This document shows, piece after piece, positions 24,766-35,500 of a stretch of 64,000 bases of DNA. The position numbers and the translations under genes were made by a program. Every line of letters starts with the position of its first letter. The first letter of the stretch is position 1. The DNA lies in assembly GCA_964016885.1 (NCBI GenBank), contig OZ024741.1, positions 359,414,001 through 359,478,000 on the forward strand, read 5' to 3'. The notes beneath the pieces are model-generated. The model saw only the letters and a list, made by a program, of their open reading frames with translations, made no database searches and was not told where the DNA came from. The stretch is from Eledone cirrhosa. Its lineage: Eukaryota.

Positions 24766-25411
24766 CAATCATACACGCTTATTTACATGCGCACATATGT
24801 ATTTTTATACTCACATACAAACACCCAAACATACATACCTACATACATACACATACATACATCCACGCTTACAAATACAAATAATTATAGGGGGGGGGGG
24901 GATTAAAATTATTAGTAGGAAATAGTAAATATAGGTTTCAAGGAACATAGAATATTAATCTGCATTTAGATCATAATATGTGTTTACATAGTAGTTTCAG
25001 TATTAGGAAATGTAAGAAAGAAGGCAAAATTATGCATTTTAATATAAGTAGACTATTAATTATAGGTTAACTAAATTAAAAATAGTTAATATATTGATTT
25101 CTAAGGTGTATACTACTTAGGTTTATAATATTTGAAGTGGAATTTTGAAGTTAAACAGTAGTAGAGTATTAATTATAGCATAACTAAATTAAAAATATTA
25201 ACATTATGGTATCAATATTAGGAAATGAATTTAGTAATAGGGAAAACCAAATCAAGTATTTCATCGGTAGTAGAATATAAATTATAGGTTAACTAAATTA
25301 AAAATTATATATTAATTTCTATAGTATATGTTAATTAGGTTTATAATAATTAAAGCAGATTTTGTATTTTATCTATAGTAGAATATAATTATAGGTTAAC
25401 AAAAATTAAAA

Positions 25412-25453
<42 letters not shown>

Positions 25454-25912
25454 ATTGTAAAGAATATATTAATTAGGTATATATTTAAAAATTTATCTCA
25501 GTTTATGATTACATGATATTCTGCAATCCATCTGTATTAGAATTTTAATTTTAAGCTAATTAAATTAAAATTATAGGTTAACTAAATTAAAATTAATTTA
25601 TAAATAAATTTCTAAATTGTACATTAATTAGGTTTATAATATTAAAAAATATTTTTCTGTCATTGATTACACAATATTTTGTTATATTTCATGTAAAGGA
25701 ATTTTAATAAAAGGTTAAATAAACCAAAATTAATCTATAAATTAATTTACAAAGTATATATTAATTATGTTAATAATATTTAAAAGTTTTTCACAATTTA
25801 TGATTACACAATATTTTATAATCTCATCTGTAGTAGAATTTTAATTAAATTAAATTTATAGGTTAACTAACATTTAAATTAAATTATATATTAATTTCTA
25901 AAATATATATTA

Positions 25913-28276
25913 TTAATTAGGTTTATAATATTTAAATGTTTTTCTCAGTTTATGATTACACGATATAATTAATTCCTGTCGCTTATTTAATAGGATATCC
26001 TTAGATTTCATTATTTCAAATAGTTCATGGGAACATAATCTACATTCATTTTTATTATTTTGATAAGGGGTGGCTCTTTTGAGCACACTCCAGGTCATAT
26101 CATATTCTATATTCTTATTTCTATAACTATTAATTTTTTCTGCTAGAGATGTTGTATTAGCCAGTGCGGCATTTTTAAAACTATGTTTGTGGGTATTAAA
26201 CCTTACCTTAAAATTGTTAGAAGCAGCTCCTATATATGAGCAAATAGAATCTTTAGTTTTAACATTACATTTATAAACTATGTTGTTAACAAGACAATTT
26301 CCTTTTAATGGGCAGTTTGCTTTGTTTCTACAGTTACAACCTTTCGTTAATTCTGTATTTGAGGAGATATTATGGTTAGTTTGATGTATTGGTGGTATAC
26401 TTATGGTATTTTTACATTTATATGCATTATAGGCACCTATATCTTGTTTTATGTTTTTGGTTGTTGAGTATGAGAATTTAACTGTTGACCTATTTAAGAT
26501 TTGATGGTATTTGTGGTTTGGCGGGAAGTTTTTCTCTAGGATATAAAAAAATTTTTTAGCAATATTATCCTTAATTTGTAAATTAAATGGAGCATTATAC
26601 CAAGTAACTCGTCTATTACGGTTTCTATGTTGTTTATTATTTTTATAGGTTGTATCGTGATGTTTACTAGGAGGATTAATGTTAATGACCTCACCACGCA
26701 CATTTTTAGTTAGATTTATTGATTTAGGTGTTTTATCTTGTTTATTAGGAGTTTTATTATTAACATTTATTAGAGTTGTATGATGAGTAGTTTTTTGAGA
26801 GTTACTATACTTTATATTAGAGGAGTTGTTGGTATTTTAGGGTATAGTGTGGGTGGCATTTAGGTGTGTACTTTTCATTTGGTGTTTGTTGGTAATATTA
26901 GGTTGTATGTTTATAGTATTTTTAGTAGAAGGTATATATTCTAATCTATTTTTGTGGCCACTTCTATCTAGAGCTTCGTTATAGAAGGTCGCATTTTTAT
27001 CAAATACATCTTGGTTAGACGAAAGGTTAGAAATTCTAAGTGATATATTATATGCAAGGTTTTTAAGGATAGATTTAGGGTGATTAGATTGTGAGTGTAT
27101 GTAGTGTAAGTTTTGGTTGGGTTTATGGTAAGGTTGGTAGATACCCGTAGCTAAGTCTAAAGTTATATCTAGGAAATTAACTACTTTACTTGTGTTTTCA
27201 AAAGTAATATGAAGACTATAATAGTCTTTAAGGAAAGTTCTAATAAGCTTTTTGTTTTTTTCTATTTCTGAAAGGCTAAGGTTGTTGGAAAGAAGAAGAC
27301 AGTCATCACGATATAAACCACCTTTAAGGTGGGGAAAGGAAGCATTTATGTTGAAAAGAAGAAAGAGGCCCACAAGATCAGTAATTTGGGCGGAATCGCT
27401 TGAACCCATAGTAATATCAAATAGATTACTATATGTGTTTCTGGTCCAGTATTCATTCTGAAATTCAATAAGTGTTAGTCTAGCATGTGTAATAATATTA
27501 ATGTCATCCAAAGTTAAGTTAGATCTATTTTTAGCAAATATCAAAGCTTTGTTCAGGAGTATAGGTGATATAGAAGAATAGTAATTATCTATATCAAATT
27601 GTAGAAATGAAGCAGAAGATTTACATCTAATATTTTTAAACCAGTTAATTACCTGGGAAGTGTTTTCCCAGAGTGGTAAATTAACATGTTTTCTTATTTG
27701 TGGGATGACTCTATCCAAAATTTTTTTGCTAATTATTCCAATATCAGATTTGGAGGGACATATAAGTCTTATAGAAGGATTTGAGTTAAAGTTTGATTTA
27801 TGATCCTTCAGGTTGAAGTGTGGTCTTTTCAATGCCAAAGGTTCAGTTCTATCTTCAATGTTTAGTTTTTTTACTATGTTGTGTGTTTTGTTGTTGATGT
27901 TGGTGAGTGACGCATTATTAGATTTTTTATAATTTTTCTTGAGTTCTTTATATATGAACTCATTATAATCTTCAATATCCATGTGATACAAGTTTCCAGT
28001 TTTGTCCGAGTGGACATGGATTTTTTTAGACTTTTTTAGGTCCAATAGGGTAGAATCAAGGTCCTTTTGAAAGACAGATTTATACTTCTTAAATTTGAGG
28101 TGTTTAATTAAATTAAAAAGGTCTTCCTCAAAGTCTTCAAGTAGAGAGTTGTGTGGTGGATTCTTGTAAGTATTGAAATCATACATATATTTCCTATCTG
28201 CATATTTAGATTTTTTATCGAAGTGGTAGGCCCTCCATCTAACTCTTCTGATAAATTGGTTAGTTTTCTGTATCAT
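25913..28276 (-). pseudogene. Penelope-like RT-GIY-YIG ORF with one in-frame TAA and an N-terminal truncation
   Basis: RT motifs FDI..YYSSI, MGS, GLYRDDCL, NFLDITLDL, PYHKPN; linker CNC..CPL.GNCL; IVYKC...YIG endonuclease. The two ORFs share a frame, and the 45 codons between them are open apart from TAA at 26837-26839. Confidence 0.9.
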
Positions 28277-28560
28277 AAGGAGTAAGAAGTAAAATGCATA
28301 ATTTTGCCTTCTTTCTTACATTTCCTAATACTGAAACTACTATGTAAACACATATTATGATCTAAATGCAGATTAATATTCTATGTTCCTTGAAACCTAT
28401 ATTTACTATTTCCCACTAATAATTTTAATCCCCCCCCCCCTATAATTATTTGTATTTGTAAGCGTGGATGTATGTAAGTGTATGTATGTAGGTATGTATG
28501 TTTGGGTGTTTGTATATGAGTATAAAAATACATATGTGCGCATGTAAATAAGCGTGTATG

Positions 28561-28605
<45 letters not shown>

Positions 28606-28750
28606 ATATATGTATATATATATATGTGTATATATATGTGTATATATATGTCTATATGTATATGTGTGTTTGTATATATGTATGTGTGCGTGTGTATGTG
28701 AGTATATATATTTGTAGAGATGTGTGTATGTATATATATATATATGTGTG

Positions 28751-31395
28751 GAAGCTAAAGGACCCCACAGCCAGGAATAAATTTCAAAGCATATTACTTG
28801 ATGCTTTCGACAGTAAGGAAGAACATTTAGAGTCGGACAATATAGAGGGAGAGTGGGAATTTCTGAAAGCAAACCTGCTGTTGGCGACAGACGAAGTCTG
28901 TGGCTGGAGCAGGCCTGTAGGCAGAAGGAGAGTAACATGGTGGTGGAACAGTAAGGTGGAGGGGTCAATTAAGGCCAAAAAGCAGGCTTGGAAAGTATGG
29001 CGGGATGGGGGAAGTAGAGAAGACTATCAAGTGGCCAGGAGGGAAGCTAGGAGACAAGTGTACTTAGCAAGAAGGGAAGCTGAGGAAAGAAAGTTCAAGC
29101 ATGTTCTACAACGCGATGACCAAAAACGTGAGGTGTTCAGGATTGCTAGGCAATGCGTCAAGGAAAACCGTGATATTGTCGGGGAGAAGTGTGTACTAAA
29201 CGACGATGGCACACTTGCCATCACCGACGCTGATAAGAAGGTAGCTTGGAAGTGTCACTATGAAAGGCTACTAAATGAGGAGAATAAACGGGAGAAAGAC
29301 AGTCTCCCCCATATCGACCCAATAGAGGGACCAGCAGTGTTAGTCGAGGGGAGTATAATAAGTAAGGCAATCAAGGATATGAAGACGGGTAAGGCGGCTG
29401 GGCCTTCGGAAATAGTTGCTGAGATGCTGAAGGCATCTGGCACGGTGGGACACACCATGGTCACCCGCATAGTTAACCAAGTCGTACAGAATGGGGTTGT
29501 TCCGAAGGACTGGCATAGCAGCATCATCGTTAACTGTTATAAGGGTAAAGGAGACGCCCTAGATAGGAGTAACTATAGAGGCATTAAATTAATCGACCAG
29601 GTCATGAAGGTCACGGAAAAAGTAATAGCGCAACTAATCAGAGAGAGAATTGACCTAGATGAAATGCAGTTCGGGTTTGTGTCAGGCAAAAGTACCACAG
29701 ACGCTCTTTTCATAGTACGACAACTACAGGAGAAGTACCTAGCTAAAGGTAAACCCTTCTACTTAGCTTTTGTCAACTTGGAGAAAGCCTTCGACAGAGT
29801 CCCCCGCTCCATTATCTGGTGGGCTCTTAGAAAACTAGGCGTTGACGAATGGCTTGTGAGGGCTATACAAGCCATGTATAAAGAAACAGTCAGCAAGGTT
29901 AGAATTAACAACGAATATAGTGAAGAGTTTAGCGTAAAAGTTGGCGTCCATCAGGGCTCTGTTCTCAGCCCCCTACTATTTATTATTGCCCTTCAGGCTA
30001 TAACAGAGGAGTTCAAGACAGGCTGCCCATGGGAACTCCTATACGCAGACGACCTGACACTCATAGCGGAATCAATGGCCGAGCTAGAGAAGAAATTCCA
30101 AACATGGAAGCACGGCCTAGAGTCAAAAGGACTTAAAATTAACCTGGCTAAGACCAAAGTTCTAGTTTGTAGGAAAGAAAACAAGGCGGCGATCCCTTCT
30201 GGGAAATGGTCGTGCTCGGTGTGTAGGAAAGGCGTAGGTAGAAACTCCATTTTATGTCCTAAATGCAAAGTATGGGTGCATAAAAGATGTAGTGGGATCA
30301 CAGGTAAGCTAACTAAGAACATAGATTTTACATGTGGCCGGTGTTCTGGTGCAATAAGTAGCAGCAAGTGCCCACAAAATACTAGCTCTTTCAATTGCGC
30401 AGAGGGTTCTATAGAAATAGTGGACAGCTTCCGTTACCTGGGCGATAAAATCGGCAGTGGGGGAGGGTGCTCTGAAAGTACTGTAGCTAGAGTCAGAACT
30501 GGTTGGAAAAAGTTCAGAGAGCTTATACCACTATTAGCTGCTAAAGGGTTCTCCCTAAAAATGAAAGGCAGGTTGTACGATGCCTGCATACGAACAGCAA
30601 TGCTGCATGGCAGTGAGACCTGGGCATTGTGTGCAGAGGATATACGCAGACTAGAGAGGAACGAAGCTTGCATGCTCCGCTGGATGTGTAACAGTAATAT
30701 ACGTGAACGGCAAAGCATAAACGAACTAAGGAAAAAATTAGAGATAAGAGGGATCAGATGTTGTTTACTCGAGAGAAGGCTACGTTGGTATGGACACGTG
30801 ATGCGCATGAAAGTCGATAGCTGTATAACAAAGTGCAGGGCAATAAAGATAGACGGTAGTCACGGAATAGGCAGACCTAGAAAAACCTGGGACGAGCTGA
30901 TAAACTCCGACATCACACACTTACACCTCTCCAAGACAATGTCACTGGACCGAGACCTTTGGCGGTACTCAGTAACAGAGAAGACCCGCCTTACCTAAAT
31001 ATATAGTAAAACCTACTCCAGCCAGTAGGCATCTCTAACAAAATACACCCCGTCCCACCACCACCACCCCCACCCCATCCACACCACCCCGTTCTATGTA
31101 AAGTTATGTTGGTGCCGCGCCATCGAGGCCGAAACAAATGAGATCGTGTAGGTGTCACGACAAAAAAACACACAGTCCACGCTGTAATGTGGCCGTGTAG
31201 GCAACACGGTAAAAACCTCCCAGACCCACACTGTAAATGTGGTTGGTGTTAGGAAGGGCATCCAACTGTAGAAAACCTGCCAGACAGTCCTATGCGAGCA
31301 AGACAATCACTCTTGCCTCAAGTGGGACTACCCCCGTCCAAACCCATGCAAGCGTGGAACACGGACGTTAAACGTTGATGATGATGATGATGATG
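28751..31395 (+). mobile_element. RTE LINE, 5'-truncated copy 2 (RT with inserted PHD-like Zn finger)
   Basis: NYRGIKL, QFGF, KAFDRVP, GVHQGSVLSP, LLYADD, FRYLGD, RLRWYGHV; (GAT)n tail; TSD ATGTGTG at 28744-28750 and 31396-31402. Confidence 0.95.
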
Positions 31396-31424
31396 ATGTG
31401 TGCATAATTGTCTGACTGTGTGTA

Positions 31425-31521
<97 letters not shown>

Positions 31522-31968
31522 GTGTATGTATATGTGTGTGTGTATATATATTTATGTGTATGTATATATCTATAGATATATATGTATATGTGTATATATA
31601 TATATCTCTTTATTTATGTATGTCTGAGTTGTGTGAGCGTGTGGTTGTATGTGTATATGCATACATGGATGTGTGTGTGTGTGTGTATATACGTATATGT
31701 ATGTGTGTGTCTATATATATATGTGTGTGTGTATGTATATATATATATATATCTGTGTATATGTGTGTGTGTATATATGTGTGTGTATGTGTATATATAT
31801 ATATGGGTATCTATGTGTATATGTGTATGTACATATGTGTGTGTATATATATATGTGTGTTGTGAATATATGTATATATATATATGTGTGTATGTATATG
31901 TGTCTATGTATTTATATATGTATATGTATGTGTCTCTATATATATATGTGTGTATATATATGTATATC

Positions 31969-32031
<63 letters not shown>

Positions 32032-32616
32032 CGATGTGTATTTTATATTTTACTTGTTTATATATTTTTTTTAATATATTTCTTTTTATTTCTAAATTTA
32101 TAAATACATTTCCTAAATAGGCAGTTGTCTGACACCCGTAGTAATTACTGACCCCCTTACCTACTTCTGCATCTAGATGTAAATATATGTAGCAGTGCTT
32201 ATGTGTGCGCCTTAATGTCCATATGCTTATAATAATAATATATACATATGTGTGTGTGTGTGTATGTTCGTGATTATGTGTATGTTTATGTGTATATGCG
32301 CGTGTGTGTGTGAATGTATGTATATGTGTGTATATATGAATGTATATATGTTTATATACGTATGTGTATTTTGTCTGTAGATTATAAACATACAGAGACA
32401 TTAGCCCTGAATTTTTGTATTTAAATACATTTTTTCGACATGCGTATGCATGTGAACATATATTTTTATGCATATCTGTGAACGAAGTTACTTACATATA
32501 TACACACACCTAACTGTATTTTCTTGATATATTTTTGTGTATTTCATTGGTCAATTTGAACTCTGTTCCCAAACAGACCTGTAATTTTGAATTGTTGTTA
32601 TTATCAATAAATATAT

Positions 32617-32769
32617 TTCATTATTTCTGAAGACGGCATATGTATGTGTTGGTATGTATATTAAATTTGATAGTTTGTATAATTTTGTATAATTTTGTAC
32701 ATAGATCTGTTGAATATGCATGCCAATTCTAACACATATATGTCCTAGAAACGATCGTTAAATAATGAA
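32617..32769 (+). ncRNA. Type I hammerhead ribozyme motif (inverted pLTR copy)
   Basis: Mirror of 23265-23407; CTGAAGA 32627-32633, GAAA from 32748, GTT 32757-32759. Confidence 0.72.
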
Positions 32770-32825
32770 CTTTTTTTGTTTAATATAAGGAACTGTTTCA
32801 TTGTTTTATTCATTATTTTTTTAAT

Positions 32826-32857
<32 letters not shown>

Positions 32858-32861
<4 letters not shown>

Positions 32862-33226
32862 GCGAGAGTACTGGATTGTATGAATGTAACAAAACGAGAC
32901 ATGGTTTGTGTGTATAATATTTAATTAACAATGGTTGATAGTATACTTGACATGTCAAAGATAGATGTTAGAATGAAACAAAGTTAGTAGTTACCGTTTT
33001 GATTGCCAGGCAAACGCGGCTGGCAGAGGACGCCTGGCTAAAGCCAGGCGCCTGTTGGCCAAATGAATGGCGGAGCCCAATGAGAGGCTCTTGATCTGGT
33101 GCCGAAAAGGCAATGAGGGTTAGAAAGCTTAAAGTTGTTAGTTTTATAGGGCTCTGACCGGAAGTTGCAGAAAGGGTTCTACTTCCCGTCTAGATCCCAA
33201 TCAAAACAAGGGAGACAACCGCTACA
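32858..33226 (-). mobile_element. Solo LTR (family L1)
   Basis: TATAGCG...CGCTACA termini with 4-bp TSD TATT; homologous to 42499-42872 and 48707-49064. Confidence 0.88.
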
Positions 33227-34040
33227 TATTCGACAATATTCCAACCTCATTCGCTAAACCGAGTGGAGGGGAAATCATTCAATCGGACCAAGGAAACAAT
33301 GTTTCCATTACTGACACCATCTATCGGTCGCAACTCCTGGCAGAAAGAGCATCGTGAAATAAAGTATTTTGCTCTAGGACATAATGCATCACCCAGTCCG
33401 GGAATCGAAATCGCAACCTCACGATATGACTGTATTGTATTAGAAATATAAAATTAACTCATGTAATAATTAACTTAGAAAGTAGTGTAAGTTTATATGA
33501 GTTAAAAAATAAATATAACATTATTTTTATAGAAATAAACAATAATTTGAGTCCAGTGATCTTTTCACACTAAATAGAAATAATAAACACAGGTGAAGAA
33601 TGTAAAGAAAACATTTTTTCATAACAAAGTGTTGTAGTTTGTTTGAAGCATTGTGGAATAAGAAATACAAGTTTAAATAAGTTTAAATATTTGAAAGCCC
33701 GAGAGTGCACGCACTTATTTAGATTTGTATTATTTATTGTTTTCATAATTCTCATACAATTTTGATATGCAAACTAGAAGAAAAATTAAATTAGCTTCCT
33801 TTCAAATAATATACCTTAAGATGCAAGTGTTTATTTTAGTCCATGCACGGATTCAGCTTTATAAAATTAACAATAATTTACACATACCTAGATCGAATGT
33901 CATCGATATCGATAATTATCTCGTAAGATAAATTCCATAAACATCGGAATGTTTGCATGTTTAATTGTCGCAGAATAAAGAAAAGTTATGTAATATTCCT
34001 TACGAATATTCTCATACATTTCATTTCTTGGTGGTGATTT

Positions 34041-34988
34041 TTATTGAATTAATCCAGTAAGTTTTTCACTGTAGTGCCACAACTGTTTCGCAAGTAGCTT
34101 GTCTAATACCGCTGGGGCCCACGCCCCTCTCTTACACTCACTGTAGTAATAACCAGATTCATTCTTCGTCTCTTCACTCACAGCACAGTAAATAACTGTC
34201 TGACAACCTTCACGACAATTTTTCATTCCTAATTTCAATACAGAAGCTATTGATCTTAAAACACTTGATTTTAGAAGATGCCTACTAATTTCTGTATTCA
34301 CTACTCCAGGGTGTGCATAGTAGGTCTTAATATGGTTGTCTTTCATCTGATTACAAAATTCACGGCAAAACAAAGCACAGGCTAACTTGCTGTTACAGTA
34401 AGCATTGTGTTCAATAAAGTGTTTTCTTAAATTCATATTGTTAAAATCTATTTTACCGAATCTGTAAATAAAACTCCCGACAAAGACAACTCGGGGTGAT
34501 TCAGACTTTTTTAGTAAATCTAATAGAAGATATGTCAAAAGAAAATGTCCAAAATAATTCACACCCATATGCATTTCCAGTCCATCTTCGGTCTTAGCAT
34601 AGGGATGGTAGTAAACACCCGCATTGTTTATAAGGATGTCCAAACTGGAGATATATTGCTTGATATTCTTGCAGAATGTTCGGATAGAATCGAAACTAGA
34701 AAGGTCAAGTTTTTCAACAAGGACAAGACCCGGGTTTAATTTATTCATTTCTTCGGAGACAGATTTAGCTTTGTTTACGTTCCGACATGCGAGGATTACC
34801 CGAGCTCCTCGTTGCAACAAGTTACGAGCTGTTTCTAATCCAATCCCGCAGTTAGATCCAGTAACAATAACTGTTTTACCACTCAGTCTAACAGGACTTG
34901 TGCAAGTGGCTCCTTTCATAAAGTAGCGAAAACATAACAGTGAAATAATCGTTATGGCTACACCTGTAAAAATTGTTGATAACATCAT
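34041..34988 (-). CDS. Retinol dehydrogenase 11-14-like short-chain dehydrogenase/reductase, single exon
   Basis: N-terminal hydrophobic anchor, TGSNCGIG Rossmann motif, LINNAG, VNYFGHFLLT, YCNSK catalytic motif, HPGVVNT; first ATG at 34988 gives 315 aa. Confidence 0.93.
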   Translation of the reverse strand: MMLSTIFTGVAITIISLLCFRYFMKGATCTSPVRLSGKTVIVTGSNCGIGLETARNLLQRGARVILACRNVNKAKSVSEEMNKLNPGLVLVEKLDLSSFDSIRTFCKNIKQYISSLDILINNAGVYYHPYAKTEDGLEMHMGVNYFGHFLLTYLLLDLLKKSESPRVVFVGSFIYRFGKIDFNNMNLRKHFIEHNAYCNSKLACALFCREFCNQMKDNHIKTYYAHPGVVNTEISRHLLKSSVLRSIASVLKLGMKNCREGCQTVIYCAVSEETKNESGYYYSECKRGAWAPAVLDKLLAKQLWHYSEKLTGLIQ

Positions 34989-35500
34989 TAATATATTGAG
35001 ATTTACACAGAATACAAAATTAGTGCGGCTCTTCACGGCAGAGATTCTAATTTCTGTCGTATATATAACACACGTGAGCGAGAAACTGCTATCACTACAT
35101 ATGTATCTTCAGACACCGGTCACAATCCGCAGGCTTCATTCATAAAATATAAGTATGGAAGAATATAAGTGATATAATCGGTAGTAAATTTGAATGAATT
35201 CATGTGTCAAGCTTCACTAGCGGCTCGCCTAACAGAGGTAAAGTAAAAACGATATATTGTCAATGAACGGACAACACATCGTCTTACTTATGTACAATAA
35301 TAACTTCAGAAGGGCTTTAACAGTCGAAATAAACAATCCTTTATTAAATGATACATTTAATAAACTCTATACAAAAGTTAATTAAATCCCTACATACCTT
35401 GCGGATTAACAGAAATGGCTTAATTATTATTTTATGGACAGAGCTAAACGAAAGGATATATGTGTATGCAGGAGACGAGGCGTCACAAAGTCTTTGGTTA

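Larger units (their letters stand above)
23071..32832 (-). mobile_element. Naiad-type Penelope-like retroelement with long 3' UTR/pLTR and an inverted pLTR copy at the 5' side
   Basis: RT + GIY-YIG ORF at 25913-28290; inverted arms 23202-25041 and 28290-32832 (right arm interrupted by an RTE); (TA)n on both flanks; hammerhead motif in each arm. Confidence 0.88.

Noticed and set aside
23551-24906. Many overlapping ORFs (also 31400-32473 and 57609-58118)
   Set aside because: Translations of (TA/CA/TG)n microsatellites.
28554-28750. Y/I/C/V-rich N-terminus of the 814-aa ORF
   Set aside because: Microsatellite that happens to be in frame with a 5'-truncated RTE; the TSD places the element start at 28751.
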